Origin: Candidatus Xenobia bacterium
Lineage (GTDB): Bacteria; Vulcanimicrobiota; Xenobia; Xenobiales; QWHO01
Length of the DNA: 64,000 nucleotides
Direction of reading: 5' to 3'
NCBI GenBank assembly: GCA_045863235.1
Contig: BTUM01000007.1
Location: 32,001 to 96,000 of the forward strand
Shown here: piece by piece, positions 9,309-17,690 of the stretch
Layout: each line of letters opens with the position of its first letter
Position numbering within the stretch: the first letter of the stretch is position 1
The notes under the pieces: generated by a model
Told to the model about the DNA's origin: nothing
The model's input: the letters and a program-made list of their open reading frames with translations, nothing else
The model's database searches: none
Translations under genes and position numbers: made by a program

Positions 9309-12281
9309 TCAAACAAACCTTGCCGTGCTGCCCCTCGGCCCGGGCGTGACCTCGATGCGGGTGGGCACGCGCTCGCGCATCTCGGGGAGCTGAGACACGA
9401 TGGCCACGAGCCGGCCCTCGGCGCTTAGCTCCTGGAGGGCCTGCAGGGCCAGATCCAGCGCCTCGGAGTCGAGGAAACCGAAACCCTCATCCACCCACAG
9501 GCTCTCCAACCCGCTGCGCTGCTCGCGGGCGTGCACCGCATCCGACAGGCCCAGCGCCAGGGCCAGCGAGGCCAGGAAGCTTTCGCCCCCGGAGAGCGTG
9601 GCCACCGAGCGGGTGCGCCCGGTAAAGTGATCCAGGGCGACCAGGTCGAGAGGGCTCTCCCCTCGCAAGAGCTGAAACCTGCCTTTGCTGAGCTTGCGAA
9701 GGCGAGGCTCGGTGGCCTCCAGCACCTGCTCGAGCAGGCGACCGAGCACGAAGCGGTGATACGAGGTCTTCAAGTTGTTCTCGCCGGCGGCCACCCGGGC
9801 CAGGCGGTCGAGCGCCTGGCAGCGGGACTCGAGCTCTCCCAGTTTGTCCTTCCAGTCGGCAAGCTCTTGCTCGAGCTTCTCCAACTGGTCGATCCGATCG
9901 AGCAGGCGCGCCTCCTCGCTGATGGCTGACTCCAGGCGCTTACGGCTGGTCAGGCGCTGCTCCACGTAGCCGGTCGGGTCTTCGAGCTGCATCTCGGCCG
10001 CCGTGGCCCGGGCCCGCTCCAGCCGATCGCGAGCGGCCGCCAGCTCCTCGTCGTAGCGGCGCAGGGCGCCGCTTTCTCTTTCCAGCCAGCCCGCCTCCGG
10101 CTCCTCGAAGGGGGCCACCCGGTCCAGGCCGAGCTTCTCCAACCGCCCCTTCAGCTCGCTCTGGGCCTCCTGCTGGCGGGTCAGGCAGCGCTGCAGGGCC
10201 TGCTCGGCGGCCTGCATTGCGGCCCGGGCGGCCGCGACCGCCTCAGCGGAAGCTCGGGCCGCCTTCTGGGCTCCTTCCAGCCCGCGTCGTCCCTCTTCGA
10301 GCTGGCCATGGACGAGCTCCCAGGTGTGCTCCAACTCCTCCACCGAGACGCCCAGCTCTTCCAGCTTGCGGCGCCGCTCCTCGAGCACGGCTCGAGCCTG
10401 CACCACGCGTTGCTCGGCCTGACGGCGCTGTTCCTCGACCTGCTGTTGGCGGGGCTCGAGCAGGGCACCCTTGCTGCGCAGCCGCTCCAGGTCGCCCCGC
10501 AGCTTCAGGGCTTCGGCCTGGGTCTCCTTGACCGAGTCGAGCTGGCGCTGCAGGCGGACATACTCTTCTTCCAGGCGACCCAGGTCGTATGTGCCCAGCT
10601 CGATGGTGACCTGGTCGAAGCGCGCCTGCAGCCGCTCCACCACCAGCTTCTTGTCAGAATACTCCAGGCGGGCCTGGCTCAGGAGCCGCTCGGCCTGCTC
10701 GAGCTGGTTGCTCAGTTGAGTGATGCGCTCTGCCTCGGGATGCTCGCCCTCGAACTCGGCCGGTCGAGGATGCTTCGTCGAGCCACATACCGGACACGGC
10801 TTCCCGCTCTCGAGCTGGGCTGCCAGGGAAGCCACCTGACTCTCGCCCCTTTTCTGGCGTTGCTGGGCCAGCTCGACTTTGAGCCGTTCGACCCGCTCCT
10901 CCAGATTATGCAGCCGCTCGTCTCGAATCGCCTTGCGAGCCCGGGCCAGCTGGCGCTCGAGCTCGTCAGCCTGGCGGGCCTGCTGGTAGAGCCGATAGGC
11001 CTCCCGCGTACGCAGCGAGAGCAGCTCTCGCTCTTTGCCCGAAGGGTCGATCTCGCCCAGGCGCTTCTCCTTCTGGGCCAGCGCCAGGGTCAGCTTCTGG
11101 CCGGTGCGCCGACCGGCCTCCAGAGCCTCCACCAGGCTGTCGAGAATGCTCTGGGCGGCGCTCAGCTCGCGGTCGGCCACCCGCAATTCCTCCAGCCGCT
11201 CGTGCCCCGATTCGAGCTCGAGCAAACGCCGCTCGGCCTGCTGGCGCTGGGAGGAAAGCCGGCGGGCCGCTTCCACCTCGGCTTCGGCCTGCTGCTTGTC
11301 TTCCTCCGCCCGGGACAGGGCTTGCTGAGCCTGCTCCAGGGTGCGCTGAGCGGCTTCCGAGTCGGCCAGTCGTCGGGTCACATTGGCTCGCAGGCCGGTC
11401 AGGTCGGCCAGGGCCCTGAGCTGCTCGAGCTTTGCTCGTCGCTCGGTCATTTCGCCCTCGCGCTCGGTCAGCTTGCGATAGACTGCGTGGGCGCGATCGA
11501 GCTCCAGATAACGCTCCTGGCTGCCTTCGGCCTGGCGGGCCTGATTCTCGGCTTGCTGCTCCCCCTGACGCAGGCTCGCTTGCAGCGACTCCAGCTCCTG
11601 TACCCGGGCCCGAATCTCGGCCAGCTTGTCCTCCAGTGCCTCGGGCGAATCCAGTCCCTGGCTCTCCAGAGCCCTCTGGCGCGTTTCGCGCAGCTCATCC
11701 AGCTCGCGCGCCCCTTCCAGGGCCCGCTCCTTCAGGTGCTCCTGAAAATGCTGGAAGGGCAGGGTGTGGAACAAATTGGCCAGCACCCCTTCGCGCTCGG
11801 CCGGCTCGGCCTCAAGAAAGCGGCGAAACTGGCCCTGGGGCAGCATGGCCGCCTGGCAGAACTGCTCGGCTCCAAGTCCCATCAGCGATACGACCGCTTC
11901 GTCCACGGCCGTCCAGCCCTCGGCCAGCACCCGAGTCTGCTCGCCCTCGGTGGGCTTGGAGAGGATGGCTTCGTCTGGCTGGCCCTCCAACCGGGGCCGG
12001 CGCATGACCCGGTAGAACTCGCCCTGCAACCGGAAATCGAGGGTCACTTCGGTGGGCTGGGAATCGTCGGCAAAGTGGCTTCGCATCTGAAACCCCTGTC
12101 GCTCGCCGCCCGAGGTGACCCCGTAGAGGGCGTAGCAGACACCGTCGAGCAGAGCCGTCTTGCCCGCTCCGACGGGTCCGCAGATGAGCACGAAGTTCTG
12201 GTTCTTGAGGGTGCGAAAGTCGATCAGCTGCTCGCCAGCGTAGGGTCCGAAGGCTCTCAGGCGTAACCGGTCCGGTCTCAT
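9309..12281 (-). CDS. sbcC: SbcC/Rad50-family SMC ATPase with a His-to-Gln change in the H-loop
   Basis: FGPY, GPVGAGKT, LPQGQF, zinc hook CPVCGS, LSGGE, DEGFG; long coiled coils. Confidence 0.92.
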   Translation of the reverse strand: MRPDRLRLRAFGPYAGEQLIDFRTLKNQNFVLICGPVGAGKTALLDGVCYALYGVTSGGERQGFQMRSHFADDSQPTEVTLDFRLQGEFYRVMRRPRLEGQPDEAILSKPTEGEQTRVLAEGWTAVDEAVVSLMGLGAEQFCQAAMLPQGQFRRFLEAEPAEREGVLANLFHTLPFQHFQEHLKERALEGARELDELRETRQRALESQGLDSPEALEDKLAEIRARVQELESLQASLRQGEQQAENQARQAEGSQERYLELDRAHAVYRKLTEREGEMTERRAKLEQLRALADLTGLRANVTRRLADSEAAQRTLEQAQQALSRAEEDKQQAEAEVEAARRLSSQRQQAERRLLELESGHERLEELRVADRELSAAQSILDSLVEALEAGRRTGQKLTLALAQKEKRLGEIDPSGKERELLSLRTREAYRLYQQARQADELERQLARARKAIRDERLHNLEERVERLKVELAQQRQKRGESQVASLAAQLESGKPCPVCGSTKHPRPAEFEGEHPEAERITQLSNQLEQAERLLSQARLEYSDKKLVVERLQARFDQVTIELGTYDLGRLEEEYVRLQRQLDSVKETQAEALKLRGDLERLRSKGALLEPRQQQVEEQRRQAEQRVVQARAVLEERRRKLEELGVSVEELEHTWELVHGQLEEGRRGLEGAQKAARASAEAVAAARAAMQAAEQALQRCLTRQQEAQSELKGRLEKLGLDRVAPFEEPEAGWLERESGALRRYDEELAAARDRLERARATAAEMQLEDPTGYVEQRLTSRKRLESAISEEARLLDRIDQLEKLEQELADWKDKLGELESRCQALDRLARVAAGENNLKTSYHRFVLGRLLEQVLEATEPRLRKLSKGRFQLLRGESPLDLVALDHFTGRTRSVATLSGGESFLASLALALGLSDAVHAREQRSGLESLWVDEGFGFLDSEALDLALQALQELSAEGRLVAIVSQLPEMRERVPTRIEVTPGPRGSTARFV

Positions 12282-13414
12282 GGGGCGCCCGGCTCGGCCG
12301 ACCTGTCTGCCGCTCCTGTCGCCGCTGAAAGCTCGCCGAGCAGAACCAGGTCGGTGAGCGAGGGCGCCTGGCCCGTGACCTCGCGATGGAACTCGGAGAA
12401 GAAAGCAGGGTCCTCGGGGCGTTGCAGCTCCAGTGGCAGGCTGGCCTTCATGCGCGGATGCTCCACGCTCAGAAGGTTGGGGAAGATGGCCCGCAGCCGG
12501 CCCCAGGCATCGGCCACGGGTACGTCGTCGGTGAGGCGGATCTGCAGATAATCGCCCTGGGGGATGTCGAACGAGGTGGCGATCAGGTCTTCGAGCTTGC
12601 CTTCCAGCCGGCGCAGCAGACGCCGGGGGTTGATGGGTGCCGCCTCGACCCTCAGGCGGCCGCGGTTGTCAAGGGTGATCTTGTTGACCGAGCGGGTCTG
12701 ACCGGCCTCATCGAACGAATAGGGGAGCAGCGAGCCGGCATAGACCACTTTCTTGCTGCCCACCGATTGGGGCTTGTGGAAATAGCCCAGGGCGGCCAGA
12801 TCGAAGCCCTCGAAGAGGGCCGGCTGCACCCAGGAGTGGGGCGGGATGGGGGGCTCGGAAGGGCTGGGCTGCCCGCCCACGCAGGGAGTGTGGGCTACCA
12901 CCACCGAGCGCACGCCCTCGGGGTGGGCCGCCCGGACCTTTTGAACCAGGGCGCGGGTGGCCTCGCTGGGGTGGATCAGGTCGGGGCGGTTGAGGAAGTT
13001 GCGCAGGGTGGGCAGATCGGCGCAGGGCACCGGGTAGATGCGCACCGGGCCGTGCTCGTCGATCAGCTCGACGGCCACCGACCCTGTCAGGGTGGTGCGG
13101 GCGTGGACCCCCTGGTTCTCCAGCAATCGGGCCGCGAAGCTGAGCCGGTCGGGACTGTCCTGGAAGCCGTCGATGAAGATCACCTTGACCTTGACCTCGC
13201 GGACCAGCATCGAAAGAACGTTGTCGAGCAGGGCGACGGCCTCGGGCGGCGGCACCACGCGGTCGTAGATGTCGCCTGAGATCAGGATGGCCGAAGGACG
13301 GAAGTCGGAAGCGATGTGGACCAGTTGCTCCAGAGCGTGGGCCTGATCGTCCACCAGGGAGGCCCCGCACAGGACCTTGCCCAGGTGCCAGTCAGCGGTG
13401 TGAAGAAGCCGCAT
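12278..13414 (-). CDS. sbcD: SbcD/Mre11-family phosphoesterase with degenerate motifs III and V
   Basis: HTADWHLG, SGDIYD and YAGSLLPYSFDE; coupled to sbcC by an ATGA overlap. Confidence 0.9.
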   Translation of the reverse strand: MRLLHTADWHLGKVLCGASLVDDQAHALEQLVHIASDFRPSAILISGDIYDRVVPPPEAVALLDNVLSMLVREVKVKVIFIDGFQDSPDRLSFAARLLENQGVHARTTLTGSVAVELIDEHGPVRIYPVPCADLPTLRNFLNRPDLIHPSEATRALVQKVRAAHPEGVRSVVVAHTPCVGGQPSPSEPPIPPHSWVQPALFEGFDLAALGYFHKPQSVGSKKVVYAGSLLPYSFDEAGQTRSVNKITLDNRGRLRVEAAPINPRRLLRRLEGKLEDLIATSFDIPQGDYLQIRLTDDVPVADAWGRLRAIFPNLLSVEHPRMKASLPLELQRPEDPAFFSEFHREVTGQAPSLTDLVLLGELSAATGAADRSAEPGAP

Positions 13415-13453
13415 GAAGAATTGAACTTCTTTAGAGGACCCCGGCCTTCCTGG

Positions 13454-15880
13454 CTATTCCCAGGACAAATTGGGCAGCTCGAGATAATCGCCCTTGCTGA
13501 GCGGCTCGAGCGACTTCCACGAATCGGTCTTGCGCAGCTCTTCCTGGAACTTGTTGGGCCCCAGGACCTCCTCGATGGAGGTCAGGGTGGCGTAACCCTC
13601 GGGCACGCCCTGGTCGACGCGGCGGTCGATAGCCTCGCGCACTTCCTGGCTCGAGTCCACCAGACGGCGCACCACCGCGGCGGCTTCCTTCTCGTAGTTG
13701 TAAATGCGCCGGATGGTCTCGCGCACGATGCTCGAGCGCGCCTCGGTGATGCGGTGGGGCTTGTCGGGTGAGTCGATCTCGCGCAGGCGCTCTTCGGCCA
13801 CTTTGAGCGTGTTGACCTCCACCGACTCGAAATCCCAGGTCTTGAGAAAGTCGTTGACCAGCGCCCGCTTCTGCTTCTGAGACTCGGCGTCCTGAGGATC
13901 GAAGCCGATCGAGCCCGAGAGCTCCCAGTTGTCCATCAGCCCGCGGCTGGACATGTTCGTGCTGCCCAGCACGGCCATCTTCTCGGTGATCAGGGCTTTG
14001 GCGTGCACCTTGCGGTCGTGGGTGGGGTCGGTGCGGGCGAGTAGAGCCCAGCGCACCGGGATGCCGGCGTCCTCCAGGGCCAGGTAGCCTGCTTCGTTGG
14101 GCGTTCCGCCGTCGGGATAGATGCCCGGGTCGAGCACGGCGCGAACGTCCAGGGTCTTGCCCTGGGCCTTCAGCTCTTCGTAGCGGGCCACGATGGCCCG
14201 GGCCACCACCCGCGTCATCACGAAGCTGGGGACGTAGATGAACTCCTCGGCGGTGGCGATGGTGTTCAGCATCACCGCCATGCGCTCGGTTGGCACGTTG
14301 CCGATGGCCAGGGACGACTTGCCCACCGCTTGCCCCTCGGGCAGAGTGATGTCGCTGGCTCGCTCGACGTTCTCCTCGGCCTGTACGCGCTCCACGATCT
14401 CCTTGAGTTGACGGGCCAGGAGGCGCCCTCCTTCGCGCTTGAGAGCCAGCGTGTTCGAAGGGGTATCCCCTTTCTGCAGGAAGGCCTGCAAATCCAGGCC
14501 GTCTTTGGTTTTGTCCCCGTTCTTGTCCTCGAAGTCGACGATCAGGTCGAGCCGGGTGCCGGCGGCCTCAGCCAGGGTGTGCAGCGTGTCGGCGTTCCAC
14601 GGGAGGAGCGGCTTGTCTACTCCTCGGTAATCGGTGCCGGCTGCGGCCAGCAGGAGCGAGATCAGGCCCGACGGCCCGATGTACATGTTGCCGGCCGAGA
14701 TCAGAGCCGTCTTCTCTGGATCGTAGATCTCCTCGATTTTGGCTCCTTTGGAAAGCTCGGTATCTTCAGAGAAGATCTCCACCAGCCGCCGCGCTCCCGG
14801 GCCCTGCAGCTTGACGGCCGCGTCCACGTTCTCCGAGGAGGCCGAGTTGGCGTTCATGCCCCCCAGGATGACTTCTTCCCCGACCCGGAAGAGCTTCTGG
14901 TGCATCAGGTTGGCGTCGTCGATCTCGCGCTCGACCGGGAACAACGTCATACCGATGTCGTGGCCCTGGTCGGCGGCGTCCAGGATGCAGTAGGAGGTGT
15001 AGAGCTTCTTGGCCAGCTCGTTGACGAACATGTTGCCCGAGCGGTCCTCGGTGACCCGGCCCGGGTCGAGGTTGACGCGTACTTTGCAGCCCGCTTTGGA
15101 GGCCTCCACCAGCTTGCTGAGCATGGTCCGGCTGGTCAGCTCATAGTACTGCACGTCGACTTCCGCCGCCACTCCGCCGTTCCTGGCGGTGGTGATGGCC
15201 TGGTCGAGCATCTTCATTTTGGCCGACCAGATCTGATCGCGGGTCAGCACCTGGGCCGAGTTGCCGTTGTAGACGATGGATTCGTCCCCCCGGCGGATGC
15301 GCTCCATCTCGCTCAGGGTTTCCTTCATGCTCTTCTGGGAGATGGCCGCGAAGGTGTAGAAGCCCGCGGTGGTGGGCGAGAAGGCGGGTGAGCCCTCGGA
15401 GATGCGGTCCAGCTCCTGGGTGCGGGCCTGGACCCGGTAGCGCTCGCGGGCGCCTTCCCACTGCTGCAGGAACTGGTGCACCTTGACCAGGTTTTGATTG
15501 GCCTTCTTGTCGGTGTAGTCGCTCTCGCGATAGGTGGTGTGCAGCTCGCGGTGCCAGCTCTGCACTGCCCGCACGAACTTGTCGAACTCTTTGAGCTCCA
15601 CTTTGTCAGCGGTCTGGGTCTCGCGGATGTCCTTCATCAGGTTTTCCAGACGCTTGGGGGAGAGCGACTCGTCGAGCTTGATCTGCTTGGCGAGATCGGC
15701 CACCACCGCCAGACCTTCTTCGCTGATGATGTCGCGGCCAACCCGCACTCGTCCCGGCTCGAGCTCGGGAAACTCGGGAGAGGAGTCATCCGCCTCGTCG
15801 CAGGCTTCGTCAGGCGGGGGAAGGTAGCGTCCCGGAGCCGTGCGCGCGTAAGCCGCTTGAGGGTGCGTGAAGATCTCCAT
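13454..15880 (-). CDS. Phospholipase D superfamily protein with two HxK motifs
   Basis: MHQKLFRVGEEVILGGMN and VHAKALITEKMAVLGSTN, each followed by a typical EN/NWE motif. Confidence 0.85.
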   Translation of the reverse strand: MEIFTHPQAAYARTAPGRYLPPPDEACDEADDSSPEFPELEPGRVRVGRDIISEEGLAVVADLAKQIKLDESLSPKRLENLMKDIRETQTADKVELKEFDKFVRAVQSWHRELHTTYRESDYTDKKANQNLVKVHQFLQQWEGARERYRVQARTQELDRISEGSPAFSPTTAGFYTFAAISQKSMKETLSEMERIRRGDESIVYNGNSAQVLTRDQIWSAKMKMLDQAITTARNGGVAAEVDVQYYELTSRTMLSKLVEASKAGCKVRVNLDPGRVTEDRSGNMFVNELAKKLYTSYCILDAADQGHDIGMTLFPVEREIDDANLMHQKLFRVGEEVILGGMNANSASSENVDAAVKLQGPGARRLVEIFSEDTELSKGAKIEEIYDPEKTALISAGNMYIGPSGLISLLLAAAGTDYRGVDKPLLPWNADTLHTLAEAAGTRLDLIVDFEDKNGDKTKDGLDLQAFLQKGDTPSNTLALKREGGRLLARQLKEIVERVQAEENVERASDITLPEGQAVGKSSLAIGNVPTERMAVMLNTIATAEEFIYVPSFVMTRVVARAIVARYEELKAQGKTLDVRAVLDPGIYPDGGTPNEAGYLALEDAGIPVRWALLARTDPTHDRKVHAKALITEKMAVLGSTNMSSRGLMDNWELSGSIGFDPQDAESQKQKRALVNDFLKTWDFESVEVNTLKVAEERLREIDSPDKPHRITEARSSIVRETIRRIYNYEKEAAAVVRRLVDSSQEVREAIDRRVDQGVPEGYATLTSIEEVLGPNKFQEELRKTDSWKSLEPLSKGDYLELPNLSWE

Positions 15881-15927
15881 TGAAGACAGGATACCTCAGG
15901 GATACCCCTGAGCGTGGAAACCTTTTG

Positions 15928-16476
15928 TTAAAGCCTGGACGATCCGGGCAGCACGAATCCGGGAGGGGCCTCGTAGTTGAAGCCCTCGGGCAGTTGCACG
16001 CCGGGCATGTCGGTGGGCCCTGGCATCATTCCGGGCATCATCCCCGGCACGATCGGCATGGGGGCGGAGGTATCCAGGACGGGAACACCAGGGGTGGCCA
16101 CCCGGAAGGCGGTGGTGCGCAGGCAGACTTCCTGGCCCGGGACCCGGAAGCGAAACTCGGGGGGCGCCTGTCCCATCATGACCACGGCCTGGGGGGCGGT
16201 CAAGAGCTCGACCGGGCCGGCGCTCTTCACCTGATAGGTCAGGTAGGCCACGCCCAGGCGGTGGGTGGTGACGTTCACGAAGACCTGGGCCTGGGTCAGG
16301 CCCGGCACGGGGACTGGCTGTGTGGCCCCGTTGGCCAGCTCGACCGTGGCAGCGCTGCGATTGCCCACGGAGGTGGAGCAGTCGAGCTCGAGCTGGAAGA
16401 GCACGTCCGAGAGCGCCGCCAGAGCCGGGGAGAGCAGCAGGAAGAACAGCGCCACAACGATCTTTCGCATCGCCAT
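15928..16476 (-). CDS. Hypothetical secreted protein
   Basis: Signal peptide MAMRKIVVALFFLLLSPALA; Pro/Met/Gly-rich C-terminus; the upstream extension in the ORF track overlaps the C26 gene. Confidence 0.7.
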   Translation of the reverse strand: MAMRKIVVALFFLLLSPALAALSDVLFQLELDCSTSVGNRSAATVELANGATQPVPVPGLTQAQVFVNVTTHRLGVAYLTYQVKSAGPVELLTAPQAVVMMGQAPPEFRFRVPGQEVCLRTTAFRVATPGVPVLDTSAPMPIVPGMMPGMMPGPTDMPGVQLPEGFNYEAPPGFVLPGSSRL

Positions 16477-16517
16477 GAGGGTAGCTCGCCGGGATGGTGG
16501 GTTCTGTTGCCGGGGAG

Positions 16518-17210
16518 TTAACTTCTGGCTGCTTCCACCAGGCGGTCGAACAGGCTCTGCTGCGATCGCATGTCCTCGGGGTGGAACTGGACCCCGAGCT
16601 GAAAGCCTCCCCGGCGTCGCTCGATGGCCTCCGCGGTGCCGTCGGCAGCGCTGGCCACCACCTGAAAGGGAGCGGCCAGGCGGTCGATGGCCTGGTGATG
16701 GATGGAGTTGACCCGGGGGTTGGCTCCGAGTAGTTTGCGCAACTCCGAATCCGGGGCCGTCTCCAGGCGGTGGACCGGTTCCGCGCGTAGGGCCGGGTCG
16801 TCCAGGACGCGCTCGGGGGCGTGCTCGGGGAGGTCCTGGTGCAGGCTGCCCCCCGCAGCCACGTTCATGACCTGTAAGCCGCGGCAAATGCCCAACAGGG
16901 GAAGGTCCTCACGCAGGGCTTTGCGGGCCCAGGCCAGCTGGAAGCGATCCAGCTCGAGGTCGTGCTCGGCTGGTAGCAGGGGACTCTGGCCGTAGAAGCC
17001 GGGATGCAGGTCTCCACCGCCGGGAAGAATCAGTGCCTGGGGACGGGAGAGGGGCCGGGCACCGGGCTCGAGCAGCTCGGCTTCGGCTCCAGCGCGCTGC
17101 AGGGCCTCCTGGATGAGGGGGATGGTGCGATGGGTGGGACCGTTTCCGGCTGTGGCGCGGATGGGCTTGAAATAATTCCGGGGGATCAGGATGGCAACTC
17201 GGATCAGCAT
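16518..17210 (-). CDS. Peptidase C26 / gamma-glutamyl hydrolase (PuuD-like class I glutamine amidotransferase fold)
   Basis: LPGGGD, nucleophile elbow LGICRGLQ, VNSIHHQAI and GVQFHPE triad. Confidence 0.9.
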   Translation of the reverse strand: MLIRVAILIPRNYFKPIRATAGNGPTHRTIPLIQEALQRAGAEAELLEPGARPLSRPQALILPGGGDLHPGFYGQSPLLPAEHDLELDRFQLAWARKALREDLPLLGICRGLQVMNVAAGGSLHQDLPEHAPERVLDDPALRAEPVHRLETAPDSELRKLLGANPRVNSIHHQAIDRLAAPFQVVASAADGTAEAIERRRGGFQLGVQFHPEDMRSQQSLFDRLVEAARS

Positions 17211-17251
17211 ACGTACCTCTGATTGTTGGATTGGGGCGCGAGGACTTTAGC

Positions 17252-17332
17252 TCAGCGACAACAACAACAGAGGCAACAACAACGGTACGAGGAGGCAGCG
17301 AAGAAAGGCGCGTCCTGGATGTACCGCATCAT
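17252..17332 (-). CDS. Poly-cysteine leader peptide MMRYIQDAPFFAASSYRCCCLCCCCR, putative attenuator sORF
   Basis: Read directly from the minus strand; 7 Cys in 8 consecutive codons (6 TGT, 1 TGC); ends 41 nt upstream of the C26 start. Confidence 0.8.
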   Translation of the reverse strand: MMRYIQDAPFFAASSYRCCCLCCCCR

Positions 17333-17338
17333 AGGGGT

Positions 17339-17367
17339 ATGATAACCGCTCCACTCCTTTCTGGCAA
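17339..17367 (-). promoter_or_regulatory. Sigma70-type promoter predicted to give a leaderless transcript
   Basis: TTGCCA-N17-TATCAT on the minus strand, 6 nt before the sORF ATG. Confidence 0.75.
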
Positions 17368-17484
17368 GCCCGGGATGTTACAATTCAGTTGCGGCAAAGT
17401 CGTGACGGGCATCTCCAGCCACAAGTGACCGGTACATAAGGCGCCGCACCCTTTCGGAATGGCGGGCGCCGTTCAACAGATTGT

Positions 17485-17535
17485 CTACACTCCCGCGCGT
17501 TCCAATTCTGAACAGGTCGACGCGCGGGAGTGTAG
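17485..17535. repeat. Perfect 16-bp intergenic inverted repeat
   Basis: CTACACTCCCGCGCGT (17485-17500) and ACGCGCGGGAGTGTAG (17520-17535). Confidence 0.8.
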
Positions 17536-17690
17536 CGTCAGGCAACAAACTCGGCTCGCTTGCTGAATCTCATTCCAGTCGTTTCGGCGAATATCTGTTC
17601 GCCCCCTGAGGCTCAAACTCCCGGAAGCAAAGCGCTCTGGAAAATCAGGGGATTCGAAGGGCCCGGACGGATCACGACGAAACGAAGCTC

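Noticed and set aside
10308..12266. 652-aa plus-strand ORF and similar long antisense ORFs (21959-23086, 31951-33360, 23151-24404)
   Set aside because: Shadow frames of well-supported genes, as expected at high GC; no recognisable motifs.
17252..17332. Poly-Cys peptide as a metallothionein or RiPP precursor
   Set aside because: No modifying enzymes or metal-resistance genes are adjacent, and the Cys codons are contiguous and complementary to the downstream RBS, which fits attenuation better; not fully excluded.
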